The position numbers were made by a program, and so were the translations under genes. From a virus (taxonomy: Duplodnaviria > Caudoviricetes): a stretch of 64,000 bases of DNA. Each line of letters starts with the position of its first letter. Within the stretch, counting starts at the first letter, position 1. The notes under the pieces are model-generated. The model did no database searches, was not told the DNA's origin, and was given only the letters and a program-made list of their open reading frames with translations. The stretch lies in the IMG/VR virus record IMGVR_UViG_3300021431_000092, positions 37,738-101,737 of that record. One strand, given 5' to 3'. Shown piece after piece: positions 1 through 9,740 of the stretch.

Positions 1-519
1 CAGGCTCTTATCGCTGGTTCGTTTGCGGATGCTACCAGATACAATAACGAGATGACATACATCAGCGATCTGGTATCTATGGCTAATTACTTCACAGAGA
101 GCGAGTACAACGAACTGTCGAATTATATTTTCGAGGGCGTTTATACAGATGAAAATGCGATCATTACAGACTTGATGAATCACGAAGAACAGCTTGCTGT
201 AATGTATGATATGTATTCTCGTGGGCTTAATAAATTGACGAATATTTCAGAGCCTGTATATGAGTTTACAGTTGATACAAACAGTTTCATTTTTTCAAAA
301 GTATTTGAAGAGCTAACAGAACAACTTGAGACAGGTTGCCTAATTAATGTCGAAATAAAGAGAGATAAAATCGAACTTTTATTCCTCACATCTATTGAGG
401 TGAACTACGAAGAGGGCACCTCATCACTGACATTTGGCAACCACCTGAGTAAATTCGATCCGAGAACACTGTTCAAAAGCGTTTTCGAAGGAGTCTCAGG
501 TTCTGTTGCAACAATATAA
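1..519 (+). CDS. C-terminal part of a phage minor tail protein (runs off the window edge)
   Basis: Frame is open from base 1; sits upstream of baseplate/fibre genes; C-terminal 'SIEVNYEEGTSSLTFGN' resembles tail-protein ends. Confidence 0.5.
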   Translation, partial: QALIAGSFADATRYNNEMTYISDLVSMANYFTESEYNELSNYIFEGVYTDENAIITDLMNHEEQLAVMYDMYSRGLNKLTNISEPVYEFTVDTNSFIFSKVFEELTEQLETGCLINVEIKRDKIELLFLTSIEVNYEEGTSSLTFGNHLSKFDPRTLFKSVFEGVSGSVATI

Positions 520-528
520 AGAATCGAG

Positions 529-1083
529 GTGTGTGTTTTGGCTAAGTACACTTTATATGATAAGAATGGAGATTTACTTGAGCGTCTTTATCAGTGGGAT
601 TTAGACAGGGTTGTGGCAGTGTCAAATGTAACTGCATGGAGTGGCGCGACTGTATTTATCCAGTTTGGAAACAGAAAGGTAGACGAAACTATTATAGTAG
701 AACCTACATTGTCAGATGGTAAATACATTGCGAACATCCCGAACTCTCTTTTATCCTATGCCGAAAATCTTAATGTGTATATTTCTCAAAGAACACAATC
801 GGGAGAAACGCTCGTCATTGATGAGATCAGAATTCCTGTTGTGCCGAAGAATATGCCAAGTGATTATATTTATGTCCCGAATACAGAGGATATCTCAGTT
901 CCCAATGGTCTTATTCTTGACGGGGAAATGTTGTATCTTTCTCGTAACGGCAGAAGAATTGGCGATGGGGTTTCGATTTCCGGTGGAGAGTCTGGCGGAA
1001 TAGGCATTGGCTCTGCAATCTTGGTGGCAGCAGGAAGCGGTAACCATGACACGGGAGTAATTTCAAGTTGGGAGAGTGTTTAA
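529..1083 (+). CDS. BppU-like baseplate upper protein
   Basis: 'LYQWD...IPNSLL...IPV..KxxPxDYIY' pattern typical of Firmicute siphophage baseplate proteins; tail context. Confidence 0.55.
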   Translation: MCVLAKYTLYDKNGDLLERLYQWDLDRVVAVSNVTAWSGATVFIQFGNRKVDETIIVEPTLSDGKYIANIPNSLLSYAENLNVYISQRTQSGETLVIDEIRIPVVPKNMPSDYIYVPNTEDISVPNGLILDGEMLYLSRNGRRIGDGVSISGGESGGIGIGSAILVAAGSGNHDTGVISSWESV

Positions 1084-1084
1084 C

Positions 1085-1726
1085 ATGGCAATCACAAAAA
1101 CATTTATCGGTATGGATTTCGATTTGTGGAAAGCGTTTCTGGATGACTCCGGTATGTTTTCATCGGTCGCAAAAGTTGATTCAGGCGGGGTTGTAACTCT
1201 AACATGCAATGACGAAAACGGTAACGCCGTTCTGACTATCTCAAAAACTGCTGCTGCAACTGTGGCTTTCAAAGCACGCACAACAGGCGGGCACGAAGTA
1301 ACGCCGGCATCGTATACCCTATCTGCTAACTATGATACTAATTACGGATATAAGTGCGCGAACGGAATTATGATCGGGATGAAGTCAAACAATGCCGAAT
1401 TGTTTTCTGTTCTCATTGTTCGAAATAACAGCGGCGCATTGACGTTCGTCCTGCCCAATTCAACTGCAAGCAGAACTTCTTTTTACTGTGTGACATACGA
1501 AGACACTTATCCGGTTCATTCATATGTAATCGGTAATAATAATTCAAACCAAACACAGATCGTTTCGTTCGTTACAAATGCGCCTGCTGGAACGATATCT
1601 TATACGCCGGATGCGTTCTATATTCCGTTTAGAGAGTATGCGGGAGGAGGTTATGCTAAGTTTACAATGAACGGCAAGATGTATATGACAGACGGGTATT
1701 GGGCTGTAAGAGATTCGGATACATAA
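1085..1726 (+). CDS. hypothetical tail-associated protein
   Basis: ORF with RBS inside tail cluster; beta-rich composition. Confidence 0.5.
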   Translation: MAITKTFIGMDFDLWKAFLDDSGMFSSVAKVDSGGVVTLTCNDENGNAVLTISKTAAATVAFKARTTGGHEVTPASYTLSANYDTNYGYKCANGIMIGMKSNNAELFSVLIVRNNSGALTFVLPNSTASRTSFYCVTYEDTYPVHSYVIGNNNSNQTQIVSFVTNAPAGTISYTPDAFYIPFREYAGGGYAKFTMNGKMYMTDGYWAVRDSDT

Positions 1727-1751
1727 CAACTAATGGGATGGAGTTGATATC

Positions 1752-1946
1752 ATGGCTGTAACAATTAATGATTATGGCAACGTGGCTAACAAGCCTACGG
1801 CTGTTTTGTACGGGCTGTCAACAGATACTAAGCCTGTAAGAGAAATAAACGATACGCCGATTGTAAACGGAAGTGTTTTTATTGAGATGGACACCGGAGA
1901 CGCTTTCTTTTATGACGAAGAGAATGAGCTTTGGAAGGAAGTTTGA
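1752..1946 (+). CDS. small conserved tail-region protein
   Basis: 'GLSTDTKP...NGSVFIEMDTG..FFYDEE..W' motif recurrent in phage tail modules. Confidence 0.5.
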   Translation: MAVTINDYGNVANKPTAVLYGLSTDTKPVREINDTPIVNGSVFIEMDTGDAFFYDEENELWKEV

Positions 1947-1957
1947 GGTGAGTATAT

Positions 1958-2980
1958 ATGGATGCAGCAACATATGTACTGTGTAGAGGATATGTTAAAA
2001 AGACCGCAGAGGCGTTGGGCGCTGTAAAAGGCGCCCCATGCACTATTAAGTCCATAGTCGATGGTAACGGCGGGCACACCGTAACATTCGAATGGGTTGG
2101 TGACAATGATGTTAAACAGACAACAACAATGTTTGTAAAAGATGGGACAGACGGTGTTTCTGTTGTTGGCGTAACAGTTGATGCAAACAATCATATCATT
2201 TGCACTATGTCTGATGGTACAACGATTGACGCTGGTGGTATCTCTGTTTCTGCTGAGACAACGTCTCCGATTACAACGACAACTTCTGTTGGTGGAATAA
2301 AAAGTGACACAACGTATCCTGCCGGAACCGGTATCGAAGATATTATAACTGATATGCTTGTTGAATATAAAATGCCAACGGTATCTATCAGTCTCGACCC
2401 GGGCAGGCTTGTATACGACGTTGTAAATGAAAGCATCTCTGAAATAACGATTACTGGTAACGTGGTAAAGGGCACAAAAGATATTGTTGAAGTTGTTTTC
2501 AGAGTCAATGGTGTAGTTTGGGAGACCGTAACGAATAATGTTAAAGATGGTGGCACGTTTAGTTATACGTGGGTTCCATCCTCTCCTGTTAATACAACGA
2601 CATCGTTCTCTGTGTCAGCTTTTGACGGCGATAAGGTTGCTGTTGCACCGTCGCAGATTAACTTTTATGCAAAAAGTTATTATGGCGTTGTGAGTAGCGA
2701 TGTTGCGTCTCCGGACGAGGCTCATATTAAAGAACTTTACGGCATCCTGAAGTCTACAAAAGAATATGCCGCAAGTCCTATATCCGCTGCTTATGCTAGA
2801 ATCGTATATGCATACCCGAAAAGCTTCGGAACTATTTCAAGTATTATAGACACATCTTACGGTCTTAACTACGAGGATAGTTTTACTTTGACAGAAGTAA
2901 AAGTAGATAACATCGACTACTATGTCTACACACAGACAGATCCGTCGTCAATCGAAAACATAAAACTTAGATTCGCGTAA
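1958..2980 (+). CDS. tail/structural protein with Ig-like beta domain
   Basis: Thr/Val-rich 340 aa ORF; 'YAYPKSFG' C-terminal domain; tail context. Confidence 0.5.
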   Translation: MDAATYVLCRGYVKKTAEALGAVKGAPCTIKSIVDGNGGHTVTFEWVGDNDVKQTTTMFVKDGTDGVSVVGVTVDANNHIICTMSDGTTIDAGGISVSAETTSPITTTTSVGGIKSDTTYPAGTGIEDIITDMLVEYKMPTVSISLDPGRLVYDVVNESISEITITGNVVKGTKDIVEVVFRVNGVVWETVTNNVKDGGTFSYTWVPSSPVNTTTSFSVSAFDGDKVAVAPSQINFYAKSYYGVVSSDVASPDEAHIKELYGILKSTKEYAASPISAAYARIVYAYPKSFGTISSIIDTSYGLNYEDSFTLTEVKVDNIDYYVYTQTDPSSIENIKLRFA

Positions 2981-2999
2981 GAAAGGAGAGTGAGTATGT

Positions 3000-4778
3000 A
3001 TGTCAATTAACATTTTGGATTCTTTTAATTATAAAGGAAGACGCCCTGATTTTGTGAGACAACAGTTCGGAACCATAGAGGCAATGAGAACATTCTCTGA
3101 AAACTACCTTCCTGATATGTATCTGTGTTACTGCCTTGAAGACGGAAAGGTATACCTGTACAACAAGGATAATGCAGTCGATCAAACAACTGGTCGGTGG
3201 AGACAGCTTGAGTCTGGTGGCGGCGGCGGAGATATGACAAATTATTACACCAAGACAGAGACAAACACGCTGCTCAACGGTAAACAGGACGTACTTGAGT
3301 ACGACAGTGTGCCTACGTTTGGAAGCACTAAGGTTATGACGTCTAATGCTATTGCAACTGCTCTTACTGGTAAACAGGATGCGCTGACGGTTGACAGTAC
3401 GCCTACTAGCGGAAGTAGTAACCCAGTTACATCTGGCGGCGTATATACCGCTCTTAGCGGTAAGCAGGCAACCCTGACATTCGATAGCGCTCCGACCGCA
3501 AACAGCGATAACCCTGTCAAATCAAATGGCATCAAGTCGTATGTTGATACTGCTGAAACAAATGCAAAAGCTGATTGGTTCTTAAGAGGCCCGATGATTG
3601 CAAGAGATACAGACTTTAATACACTTACAACTCAGGGACATTACTATGTTAATTCTAATGATTCCGCAAGTACCATGACAAATATACCAGTACCTTACGG
3701 CGGAAGACTTGAAATTACAACAATTATCGGTGATACAGCTTACCTTAGACAAACTTACTATGCGAATACAGACAGAACAGGTCTTATTTGCATCAGAAGA
3801 CAGAAGACCTCTACATCTGGTTGGTCTGACTGGGTAATATTATCAACTCATGAAGAGTGTGGCGCAATCGCAAACTTAGGCGCAAAGAATTTAAGTAGAG
3901 CGACATTTACATCTAATGATAACATTTATGGCATCGCTGTTACTGCTAATGCTGATGGCACTGTTACAGCAAATGGAACTGCTACTGCTCCTGCGATTTT
4001 ACAGAGTTCAACTTTTACACTTAAAGCAGGAACATATATTTTTAGCTGTTCAGAAAACCCACAAAGAGACTCTACTTATGATGCTTATGTTTATAACGTA
4101 GACGCTTCTACAACTATTGCCAGAGACAATCCTAATGATAGCCCCGGAACAACATTTACATTGGCACAAGATACTACTGTTCGTATCAATTTAAGAGTTG
4201 CAAATGGTTATACTGCAAATAATGTTGTATTTAAGCCTATGATTATGGATGCCGCAATTGTTGATGCGACTTATCAACCGCCTACTCCAACTAACGCAGA
4301 ACTTAATGATAGCAAAATTACAATGCTTAACATTCTTGGCGCTGGAACACGTATTACAGCAACATCTGAGGCTCCTCTTAACTTTGATGACGCACCTTTT
4401 ACTACTGTTGGTCGTTTCAACTGGTTAAGTGCTTCTGCCGCTTATATTACAAATTGTCCTTCATACATTAATGGAGAAGCAAAGGGTGGTTCGCTTGAGG
4501 TCTCTTATGTACAAGGCCCGGCTAGTGTTCTTCAAACTGTTTATCCTTCTGCGGGTGCTGATAGCCCTAGCATTTTCTGGCGGCGTTTCCGCTACGGTGG
4601 AGGAACAACATCAAATCCTTACAGATGGACAAACTGGTTTGCTTTCGCTGGAACAGAAGTTGTGCCGCCTAACGCACAAACAACAAATCTTGTTGGTGAA
4701 ATGAGAAGCGTTGCACCAAGCCTTGAAGAGTCTGATGTTGAAAATCCTGTTGAACTTCAAGAAGACGAAATGAGATAA
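3000..4778 (+). CDS. tail fibre / receptor-binding protein
   Basis: Three KQxxLxxDSxPTxxSxxxxxSxxxxxAL repeats; two pyocin-knob-like modules (DFNTLTTQGHYY...WSDW; NFDDAPFTTVGRF...WTNW). Confidence 0.7.
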   Translation: MSINILDSFNYKGRRPDFVRQQFGTIEAMRTFSENYLPDMYLCYCLEDGKVYLYNKDNAVDQTTGRWRQLESGGGGGDMTNYYTKTETNTLLNGKQDVLEYDSVPTFGSTKVMTSNAIATALTGKQDALTVDSTPTSGSSNPVTSGGVYTALSGKQATLTFDSAPTANSDNPVKSNGIKSYVDTAETNAKADWFLRGPMIARDTDFNTLTTQGHYYVNSNDSASTMTNIPVPYGGRLEITTIIGDTAYLRQTYYANTDRTGLICIRRQKTSTSGWSDWVILSTHEECGAIANLGAKNLSRATFTSNDNIYGIAVTANADGTVTANGTATAPAILQSSTFTLKAGTYIFSCSENPQRDSTYDAYVYNVDASTTIARDNPNDSPGTTFTLAQDTTVRINLRVANGYTANNVVFKPMIMDAAIVDATYQPPTPTNAELNDSKITMLNILGAGTRITATSEAPLNFDDAPFTTVGRFNWLSASAAYITNCPSYINGEAKGGSLEVSYVQGPASVLQTVYPSAGADSPSIFWRRFRYGGGTTSNPYRWTNWFAFAGTEVVPPNAQTTNLVGEMRSVAPSLEESDVENPVELQEDEMR

Positions 4779-4845
4779 CAACGAAATCGCGACAGTATCT
4801 AATGTGCTGTCGTAGTTATTTATTACTATGTTAGGGGGTGCAACA

Positions 4846-5187
4846 ATGGATAAGGAGACTATTATTTCTATTATTGGATCAAGCGGAATTATGGGCATTT
4901 TTACAAGTATTATTTTTTCAAAAATGAGAAAGTCTGCGGAAGATAGCAAGGCTCTTCGGCGTGGCGTACAGGCTTTACTCAGACACGAACTGTATGAAAT
5001 ATACTATGAGTACGCTCAGAACAGAAAATATGCACCAGTGTCTGTAAAAGAGGATTTTGAAAATATGTATGAACAGTACCATTCGCTCGGCGCGAACGGC
5101 GTTATGGATGGTATTCATGAGGAGTTCAAACTTCTTCCGACTGCGCCGCCGCAGGAAGGTGTGATGCCTAATGAACATCAAGGATAA
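4846..5187 (+). CDS. holin-associated membrane protein
   Basis: N-terminal hydrophobic helix, 'GVQALLR...YHSLGANG' family motif, directly before holin and lysin. Confidence 0.6.
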   Translation: MDKETIISIIGSSGIMGIFTSIIFSKMRKSAEDSKALRRGVQALLRHELYEIYYEYAQNRKYAPVSVKEDFENMYEQYHSLGANGVMDGIHEEFKLLPTAPPQEGVMPNEHQG

Positions 5188-5362
5188 ATTTGTAAAACTC
5201 GTCGACGTTAAGTCGATCATGACAATTATTTTGACCGTCATGTTTTGCATTCTTGCAGGAATGAAAGTAGTGTCTGGCGAACAATTCCTGACTGTTTATA
5301 CTGTTGTCGTCTCTTTTTTCTTTGGAGTAAAGAGCGGACAGGATCAGGGCAAGAAAGAATAA
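5171..5362 (+). CDS. holin (2 TM)
   Basis: 63 aa, two hydrophobic helices, 'VVSFFFG', charged C-terminus, upstream of endolysin. Confidence 0.7.
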   Translation: MNIKDKFVKLVDVKSIMTIILTVMFCILAGMKVVSGEQFLTVYTVVVSFFFGVKSGQDQGKKE

Positions 5363-5365
5363 ATC

Positions 5366-5400
5366 AAAAGTGCCCGATTTAATAGTCGGGCACTTTTTTT
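5366..5400 (+). terminator. intrinsic terminator between holin and endolysin
   Basis: AAAAGTGCCCGATT-TAAT-AGTCGGGCAC-TTTTTTT. Confidence 0.7.
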
Positions 5401-5417
5401 ATGAAAGGATGAATGTT

Positions 5418-6935
5418 ATGTCTGATTATTCACGTATGATTGACGTGTCTGCGCATCAGGCTAATATAGATTGGGGCGCTGTAAAGAATAGCGGCTCTGT
5501 TGATGCTGTTATTATGAGATGCGGAATTAGCACAAGAAAGAACGGAAATCTTGTACTTAATAAGGATAGTTGTTTTGATAAGAATTATAGAGGGGCAAAA
5601 GAAAACTTTATTCCTGTCGGAGTGTATTACTATTCACATGCGCTCAATACTAATGAAGCTGTAAAAGAGGCTGAATTTGTAATTGACATTTTGAAAAACG
5701 GACACTATGAATTTCCAGTGTATTATGACGTAGAAGAGAAAGAACAGCTCGGACTCGGAAAGACTGTCGTTTCAAACATTGTTCGCGCATTCTTATCCAA
5801 AGTCGAATCGGCCGGATATTGGGTTGGCATCTATGGTTCAAGGTACCCTCTCGTGGATTATATTGACGAAGATATAAGAAATAGATATGCAGTATGGGTT
5901 GCGCATATCGGAGTGCAGAAAACTTCTTATCCCGGCGCGTATGGCATGTGGCAGTATAGTTGGACTGGAAGAATCTCCGGCATCAATGGAGACGTTGATC
6001 TGGATCGTTGTTATGTAGATTATCCGAGCAAGATTAGATCTAAGGGACTGAATGGATTCACAGCGACCACACCAGCCTCTCAGGGAGAGCATAGGCAGAA
6101 TTATACTAATCCATATTCTATCCCAACGAGAACCTTGAGAAAGGGAGATAGCGGAGATGATGTTAGATGGATGCAGAATAGCCTTATTTATCTTGGTTAT
6201 AATTGTGGTAATTCTGGAGCTGACGGAAGTTTTGGGAATAATACAGATAGGGCGCTGAGGGCGTTTCAGTCTAATATGGGTCTTTCTGTCGATGGTGTGT
6301 GCGGCCCCGCAACAAGAGCCGCTATTATAAGCGCTACTGGTCAGTCTCAGCGGGAAGTAAAGCACAATACATTTACTCAGAGACTTACACGTCCAGAAGC
6401 TGGAAATAAGTTCTTTATCACTAGATCGGCAGGCGGATGGAGCACAGCAATTATTGGCAAGCCTACTGATAGCAAATGTAATGTCCTGTCTAATTGTGTG
6501 GGATATGCGTTCGGCAGATTCAATGAGATTTTGTATCAGACTCTTGATGCTAATAGTATTAGTAAGCTCTTTAAGGATAACGGTGGTAGTCTCGTAGATC
6601 TTCATCTTAATAAGGATATGCCGTTGCTTGCGCCTAGAAACGCTGAGAACTTCTATGACGTTGCTATCCAGCAGGGGCTTACTGTTTCTCAGACACCAAA
6701 GGTCGGCGCTATTATGTGCTGGCAGAAGGGCGCTACTAGGACAAGTTCAGATGGCGCAGGGCATGTCGCTGTTGTTGAAAGAGTTGTTTCGTCGACAGAG
6801 GTCGTCACAAGTGAATCTGGATATAACTGCTCCAACCCGTTCTGGACTCAAAACAGAAAGAAGAGTGGCGGTAATTGGGGTCAGTCAAGCGCATATAGAT
6901 TTCTTGGCTTCATTCTAAATCCTGCCGTAAAATAA
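5418..6935 (+). CDS. endolysin: GH25 muramidase + peptidoglycan-binding + CHAP
   Basis: IDVS..Q, YYDVE, WQYS, VDLD (GH25); GDSGDDVRWMQ..DG.FG..T..A...FQ..GL.VDG..G (PG_binding_1); NCVGYA and GHVAVVE (CHAP Cys/His). Confidence 0.9.
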   Translation: MSDYSRMIDVSAHQANIDWGAVKNSGSVDAVIMRCGISTRKNGNLVLNKDSCFDKNYRGAKENFIPVGVYYYSHALNTNEAVKEAEFVIDILKNGHYEFPVYYDVEEKEQLGLGKTVVSNIVRAFLSKVESAGYWVGIYGSRYPLVDYIDEDIRNRYAVWVAHIGVQKTSYPGAYGMWQYSWTGRISGINGDVDLDRCYVDYPSKIRSKGLNGFTATTPASQGEHRQNYTNPYSIPTRTLRKGDSGDDVRWMQNSLIYLGYNCGNSGADGSFGNNTDRALRAFQSNMGLSVDGVCGPATRAAIISATGQSQREVKHNTFTQRLTRPEAGNKFFITRSAGGWSTAIIGKPTDSKCNVLSNCVGYAFGRFNEILYQTLDANSISKLFKDNGGSLVDLHLNKDMPLLAPRNAENFYDVAIQQGLTVSQTPKVGAIMCWQKGATRTSSDGAGHVAVVERVVSSTEVVTSESGYNCSNPFWTQNRKKSGGNWGQSSAYRFLGFILNPAVK

Positions 6936-7030
6936 TAACTTCGATTTGTATTGTACCCATAAATAGGTTATAGGGTTACCCATTTACCACAACTTGGATA
7001 GGCGAAAGCCGAAAGAAAATGATTTGAAAT

Positions 7031-7080
7031 AAAAAAACGGGATGCATACAGCCTATCTGACTGTGCATCCCGTACTTTTT
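7031..7080. terminator. bidirectional terminator at the convergence of late and integrase units
   Basis: A7-CGGGATGCA...TGCATCCCGT-ACTTTTT. Confidence 0.7.
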
Positions 7081-7152
7081 CTGTATTAATGAGCGTACAT
7101 ACCGGTGTTTACGTGCCATTTCCCACTTCTGAATAACCATTAGTTATTGGAA

Positions 7153-7381
7153 ATATGACGCAACATATGACGCTGCGTTTATAAACATACGTATCTACGT
7201 TCATTTCATTTGATTGTAGGCGGGTTCGATTCCCCTCACCTGCTTATATGTATAAGTCACGTATTTGCGCGTTTTTCGCGTAGGTGCGTGACTTTTCTTT
7301 TTGTCAAAACCGCTCATATCTCATAATATCTGGTGATAAATCACCATATTTAGTGATCGCATATGACGCGAGATATGACGC
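7153..7381 (+). other. attP site: core 7222-7243 (tRNA-Leu-like 3' end) with arm-type repeats
   Basis: GGGTTCGATTCCCCTCACCTGC = T-loop plus acceptor 3' strand; ATATGACGC at 7153, 7165, 7361, 7373; adjacent to integrase 3' end. Confidence 0.8.
7254..7302 (+). terminator. terminator following the attP core (would end the restored tRNA transcript)
   Basis: AAGTCACGTATTTGCGCG-TTTTT-CGCGTAGGTGCGTGACTT followed by a T tract. Confidence 0.65.
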
Positions 7382-7428
7382 AAAATTCTAAAACGTCATA
7401 AAAAGTAGTCTAAAAAAGTAAGTTTATT

Positions 7429-8469
7429 TCATACGAGACTGTCGTCCGTATCCTCTAATGTCATATTAAACAGTTTCGTGTAGTAATCGTTCACTATATT
7501 TTCTGCGACGTCTCTGTCTGGCGTGAACGAATGTTGGTAGACATTTCGCATAGTTGTCGTAGTAGACCATCCACCTCTATCAGCCGCAACTCTATCCGTT
7601 ATTCCTAGACGGTTCATGTCTGACGCGGCTATATGTCTTAGGTCGTGGAATCTAATGTTTTTGTATCCTGCCTTTTCCATTAATCTTGTGAATTGAGAAT
7701 AAATTGCTTTGCCAGTAAGCTTCGTTGCATACTCTCCATCCTGAGCCAAGATCATCTCCTTGAGTTGCTTCGGGAGCTTTACAATGCGTCTGGTTGAATC
7801 TGTCTTGGTCAACTGCTTCTCTACGTGTTCTCTATTAATAGTAACGATCACGTTCTCTATATACAGCTCATCGCCATGTATGGCAGACTTTTTTATACCA
7901 CGAACCTCAGACAATCTTAGGCACAGCCAAAGCGCAAGCAACACTGGAAGCTCAACAGGCTTTCCGTGAACCGCCTTAAACACTTCCTCCGATGTCGGGA
8001 GATCTCTCTTCAACTTACGAGCTTTTCTCGGCAGTCTGATATTAAACACGAAGTCCGGTCTGTACATTGATATCGTCGATCTGAGCAGCCCATATACGTT
8101 GCATACGGTCTTTGCGCTTACTATAGCGCACTCAGAGTTTACCCACTTCTGTATGTCCTCTCTTGTTACACAGTCAATCTTGATACGCTCTATTCTAACG
8201 ATGTGGTTTCTGCGTATCTTCTGATAGCTGTCGATTGTGGACGGAGACAAGACATTTGACTTACTTTTGATGTATCTGTCAACGGCCTCGCCTATCGTCA
8301 TACATTGTTTTGACGCATGCTTCTGTGTCATGAATGCGAGTGCCAGATACTCTGCATTCTTTTTCGTGTCAGCCGTAATCGACTTGTATGACGGGTGTCC
8401 GAACTCGTCACGGCCTACATACACTCGCACTCTCCACTTTCCTGATGGCGTTTTCTTAGCTTTTGGCAT
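7429..8469 (-). CDS. int: tyrosine integrase
   Basis: N-terminal arm-binding domain (GKWRVRVY); LRLSE, FHDLRH, GW...Y catalytic motifs. Confidence 0.92.
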   Translation of the reverse strand: MPKAKKTPSGKWRVRVYVGRDEFGHPSYKSITADTKKNAEYLALAFMTQKHASKQCMTIGEAVDRYIKSKSNVLSPSTIDSYQKIRRNHIVRIERIKIDCVTREDIQKWVNSECAIVSAKTVCNVYGLLRSTISMYRPDFVFNIRLPRKARKLKRDLPTSEEVFKAVHGKPVELPVLLALWLCLRLSEVRGIKKSAIHGDELYIENVIVTINREHVEKQLTKTDSTRRIVKLPKQLKEMILAQDGEYATKLTGKAIYSQFTRLMEKAGYKNIRFHDLRHIAASDMNRLGITDRVAADRGGWSTTTTMRNVYQHSFTPDRDVAENIVNDYYTKLFNMTLEDTDDSLV

Positions 8470-8528
8470 AAGAATTCCTCCTTATAAATAGTATGCCGCA
8501 GACACGCTATGTTGCCTGCGGCTATGTA

Positions 8529-8765
8529 TCAGTCACAGGTGTAGGATGAGATTGCGCTTATCACTTTCTCTACTGGAAGATTAAGAGCCCGAAAGTATAT
8601 CCACATTCTGCCAATAGGCATTTGTTCCGGATGCGCTGCGTCTCTCGACACAGTGTTTGGATGCACACCAGCGATCTTTGCGAGATCTTTCTTGTGCATT
8701 CTATTCTTATAAAGAGAACTTTCGATCATACCCCATACTTCTGCCGACGGAGTTTGCATTCTCAT
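8529..8765 (-). CDS. small HTH protein (Xis/Cro-like)
   Basis: KKDLAKIAGVHPNTVSR helix-turn-helix next to integrase. Confidence 0.6.
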   Translation of the reverse strand: MRMQTPSAEVWGMIESSLYKNRMHKKDLAKIAGVHPNTVSRDAAHPEQMPIGRMWIYFRALNLPVEKVISAISSYTCD

Positions 8766-8777
8766 ACGCTCATCACC

Positions 8778-9221
8778 TTAATAAAAGCACACTTTTATTT
8801 CTATAGAGGTGTCTTCGAACACGCGGAATATAATTCCTTTTACGATACCCCATTCAAGCTTATCAAGGCCGCAACCAATCTTTGGCATTGCAACCTTATT
8901 GATTCCATGAAGCAGGCACTCGACCTTCATATCCTCAAGAGCGCCCTCTATAGAGTCGTATGTAGGCTTATGCCAATAGCGTTCCTTTGTGACAAGGTTG
9001 AACACACCGTCTTTATACAGACATGCATGTGTCTTACATAGCCTCTTCCACTCATCGTGAAAGTTAGGATACTCGCTAATCATCTTGTTCTTCATATCGA
9101 AGTGTTTGTTGAACTCAACCGCGATACCATTACCCATTCCGAAGTCCGCGCTTATACACTGTGCGAGAGAATAACCTCTGCCAACATCAAATAGGTTCAT
9201 TTTCTCTTCTGAATAAGTCAT
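8778..9221 (-). CDS. macrodomain ADP-ribosyl hydrolase (TARG1/DarG-like)
   Basis: LAQCISADFGMGNGIA..F, NLVTKE, MPKIGCGLDKLEW. Confidence 0.85.
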   Translation of the reverse strand: MTYSEEKMNLFDVGRGYSLAQCISADFGMGNGIAVEFNKHFDMKNKMISEYPNFHDEWKRLCKTHACLYKDGVFNLVTKERYWHKPTYDSIEGALEDMKVECLLHGINKVAMPKIGCGLDKLEWGIVKGIIFRVFEDTSIEIKVCFY

Positions 9222-9740
9222 ACGTTACCTCCATTCAATTTGTGGCACTAGATTGACCACTGCTTTTTTAGACCAGTCGAAAAATGTTCCGCATTCATCG
9301 CACGCTATATCTCTTTCGTTGATAATATTAGAGCACGTTGGACATATATACCGCACCTTATATCTTGCGTCCCATCCGTCATTGCCTTCGCTCCATACCG
9401 CTCTTGCCGAAGGTCTTACTTTTACAGGCTTATTATACCCCATATTACCACCACCTATGCTTCGGTTTTCTTTTTCGTTTGTAGCGTTTCGGTTTATACT
9501 TATTGGATGGTCTTATCTCAGAATAAATCAATCCTATTAGAATACAGATTAAAATCCATAAGCTCACGACTATACATATGTCGAATATCAATCCTGCCAC
9601 TCAACATTCATCTCCTTTTATCGCCTTTTTATCGCCTTTTATCTCCTTTTAGGGTGCAAATCAGTGTTTAATACGCTGAAATGCACCCTATTTTTTTATG
9701 ATTTTGTATATAAAATCACCGTTTTATTATTCGCAACTTA

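Noticed and set aside
7222-7243. Complete tRNA gene
   Set aside because: Only the T loop and 3' acceptor strand are present; better explained as the attP core
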